From the NCBI RefSeq assembly GCF_001194135.2, contig NC_069004.1, forward strand, positions 8,455,942 through 8,519,941: a stretch of 64,000 bases of DNA. The letters run 5' to 3'. The notes under the pieces are model-generated. The model made no database searches. It was given only the letters and a program-made list of their open reading frames with translations, and had not been told where the DNA came from. This document shows, in pieces, positions 62,503 to 64,000 of the stretch. A program made the translations under genes and the position numbers. Positions within the stretch are counted from its first letter, which is position 1, and each line of letters begins with the position of its first letter. This DNA comes from Octopus bimaculoides (taxonomy: Eukaryota).

Positions 62503-62794
62503 TATCACAGTGATATCCTTGGAAAGTCATTCTCAAGTGAGCTCAACTGCTTGGAAATATCCATTCTCTGAAGCAGAGTGGGATGCAACTGAACAGAAAC
62601 ATCGGCATTAATGTTGCCAAGGATACAACAGCTTCTGTTCTGATTCCACAATAAAATACATCCATTACTCTGTGAAATTGATCATGGCAGGTAGGGCAGT
62701 CAGCCATAACAACAATGCCCCAAAATGAAAGACAAAAGTGAAATATTTTTCCTGGTGCAGAACTCATGAAATGGGAACTTTTTTTTCTTTCTTG

Positions 62795-62795
<1 letters not shown>

Positions 62796-62845
<50 letters not shown>
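62796..62845. repeat. Poly-T tract
   Basis: About 50 consecutive T. Confidence 0.95.
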
Positions 62846-62929
62846 TGGCAGTAATAATAATGCATTGTTTGCATTTGAGAAAGTTTTACAGGAGAGGGAG
62901 AAAGTAAAATAATGAAATGGAGAGATAGG

Positions 62930-63089
62930 TGCAGGAATGGCTATGTGGTAAGAAGCTTGCTTCCCAACCACATGCTCTCTGTTCAGTCCCACTGCATAGC
63001 ACCTTGGGCAAATGTCTTCTACTGTAGCCTCAGGCCAACCAAAACCTTGTGAGTGGACTTGGTAAATGGAAGATGAAAGAAGCCCGTTG

Positions 63090-63127
<38 letters not shown>
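62930..63127 (+). mobile_element. SINE-beta head ending in (AT)n
   Basis: GCAGGAATGGCTATGTGGTAAG...GTTCAGTCCCACTGC...GAAAGAAGCCCGTTGTAT. Confidence 0.8.
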
Positions 63128-63130
<3 letters not shown>

Positions 63131-63404
63131 ATTTACTTTTCGTAATGAGATAAAAGACTAAGGCTGTGTATAATATAGAACATTTATAAATAGAATGTCT
63201 TACAGCTGTTTCCAGGATATTTATTATATCCCTTCATTGGAGACGGTGTGAGAGGATGATTAAGCAATAGTTAGTTTAGTTAAGATAGGAAATAGAGAGT
63301 GAATGTAGGGATATTGTATTTGTAAATCCAATGTTTAGGCAGAATGAGTTTGGATTTTACTCACAAGGTATTGGAATCTTATATGTATGAAGAAAACTGT
63401 TTGC

Positions 63405-63580
63405 AGCATTTGTTCCAGCTCCTTATCTTCTGAGTTCAAACCCTGCAGATCTCACTTTTGCCGTTTATCCTTGCGGGATTGTTACAATAAAACACAAATG
63501 AAGAACTGAGGTTAATGTAATTGACAAACCACTTCTCAGAAAATTGCTGGTTTTGTGCCTAAATTAGAAATGATGTTATT
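63405..63580 (+). mobile_element. SINE-gamma, diverged
   Basis: TTCTGAGTTCAAACCCTGCAG...TTTGTGCCTAAATTAGAAA resembles the other gamma copies. Confidence 0.55.
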
Positions 63581-64000
63581 AATATTGATTCATTATCAAT
63601 AAGTTTACCCCTGAAGGCTAAATATCAGCCTTCAAAATATGAATATTAATTTATTCCTATGTGATGTGTAAAAACATTGTAAGTAATGATCTTTTTGATG
63701 TTAATAAATTTTGTTGATCAAATTTATCTTCCCCTTATTTCTAAGCCTTTGACAGAATCCCTGCTCCCTCATCTGGTGGTCAATGTAGAAGTTATGAATA
63801 GATTAGTGGTTGGTGAGAGCTATATAAGCCATGTACAGGGATGTACACTATTGTATAATAAAAACTTCACAATTTTCAAGAAATCTATATTCTTCAGGTA
63901 TTATATACCCACTTTTTTTACCTCCAACATCTAATATTGTGAGACAAATGCGATGATGTCCGCATCAGTGACAATGCATTATCATCTAAACTATATGAAA

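Noticed and set aside
62543-62992. 149-aa minus-strand ORF with poly-Lys
   Set aside because: A chance ORF running through a SINE head, the poly-T tract and the family 3' flank.

Overview
AT-rich, gapped eukaryotic DNA containing a dense cluster of nine poly-C2H2 (Krueppel-type, TGEKPY-linked) zinc-finger genes. Seven lie on the minus strand (labelled A-G here, 0.9-51 kb) and two on the plus strand (H, I), with about 195 fingers in total by my count, plus one further decayed unit. The repeat content (tRNA-head SINEs, (AT)n tracts, RTE LINE, hAT, mariner, Tc1 and Tigger relics) and the single-coding-exon ZNF expansion suggest a coleoid cephalopod, probably Octopus; this is inference and no database search was run. 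Every gene is built from the same cassette: a conserved promoter/non-coding exon 1 ending in a G|GTAAGT donor, a 1-3 kb intron, a TTTCTCTRTCRTTTCAG-type acceptor, about 320-450 nt of 5'UTR, one intronless CDS with no KRAB/SCAN/ZAD/BTB domain, and a homologous 3' flank. The most notable observations are: (1) conserved N- and C-terminal finger blocks around a rapidly reshuffled middle; (2) degenerate ZF repeats lying antisense inside intron 1 of four genes, which are candidate dsRNA/ADAR editing partners; (3) independent insertions of one SINE family near the exon-1 module; (4) 'ghost' fingers left in the 3' UTRs of truncated genes; (5) a head-to-head pair G/H separated by a Tc1 relic. TE and remnant boundaries are read by eye and approximate to about 10-20 bp. 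Splice sites and TSDs were indexed directly from the sequence.
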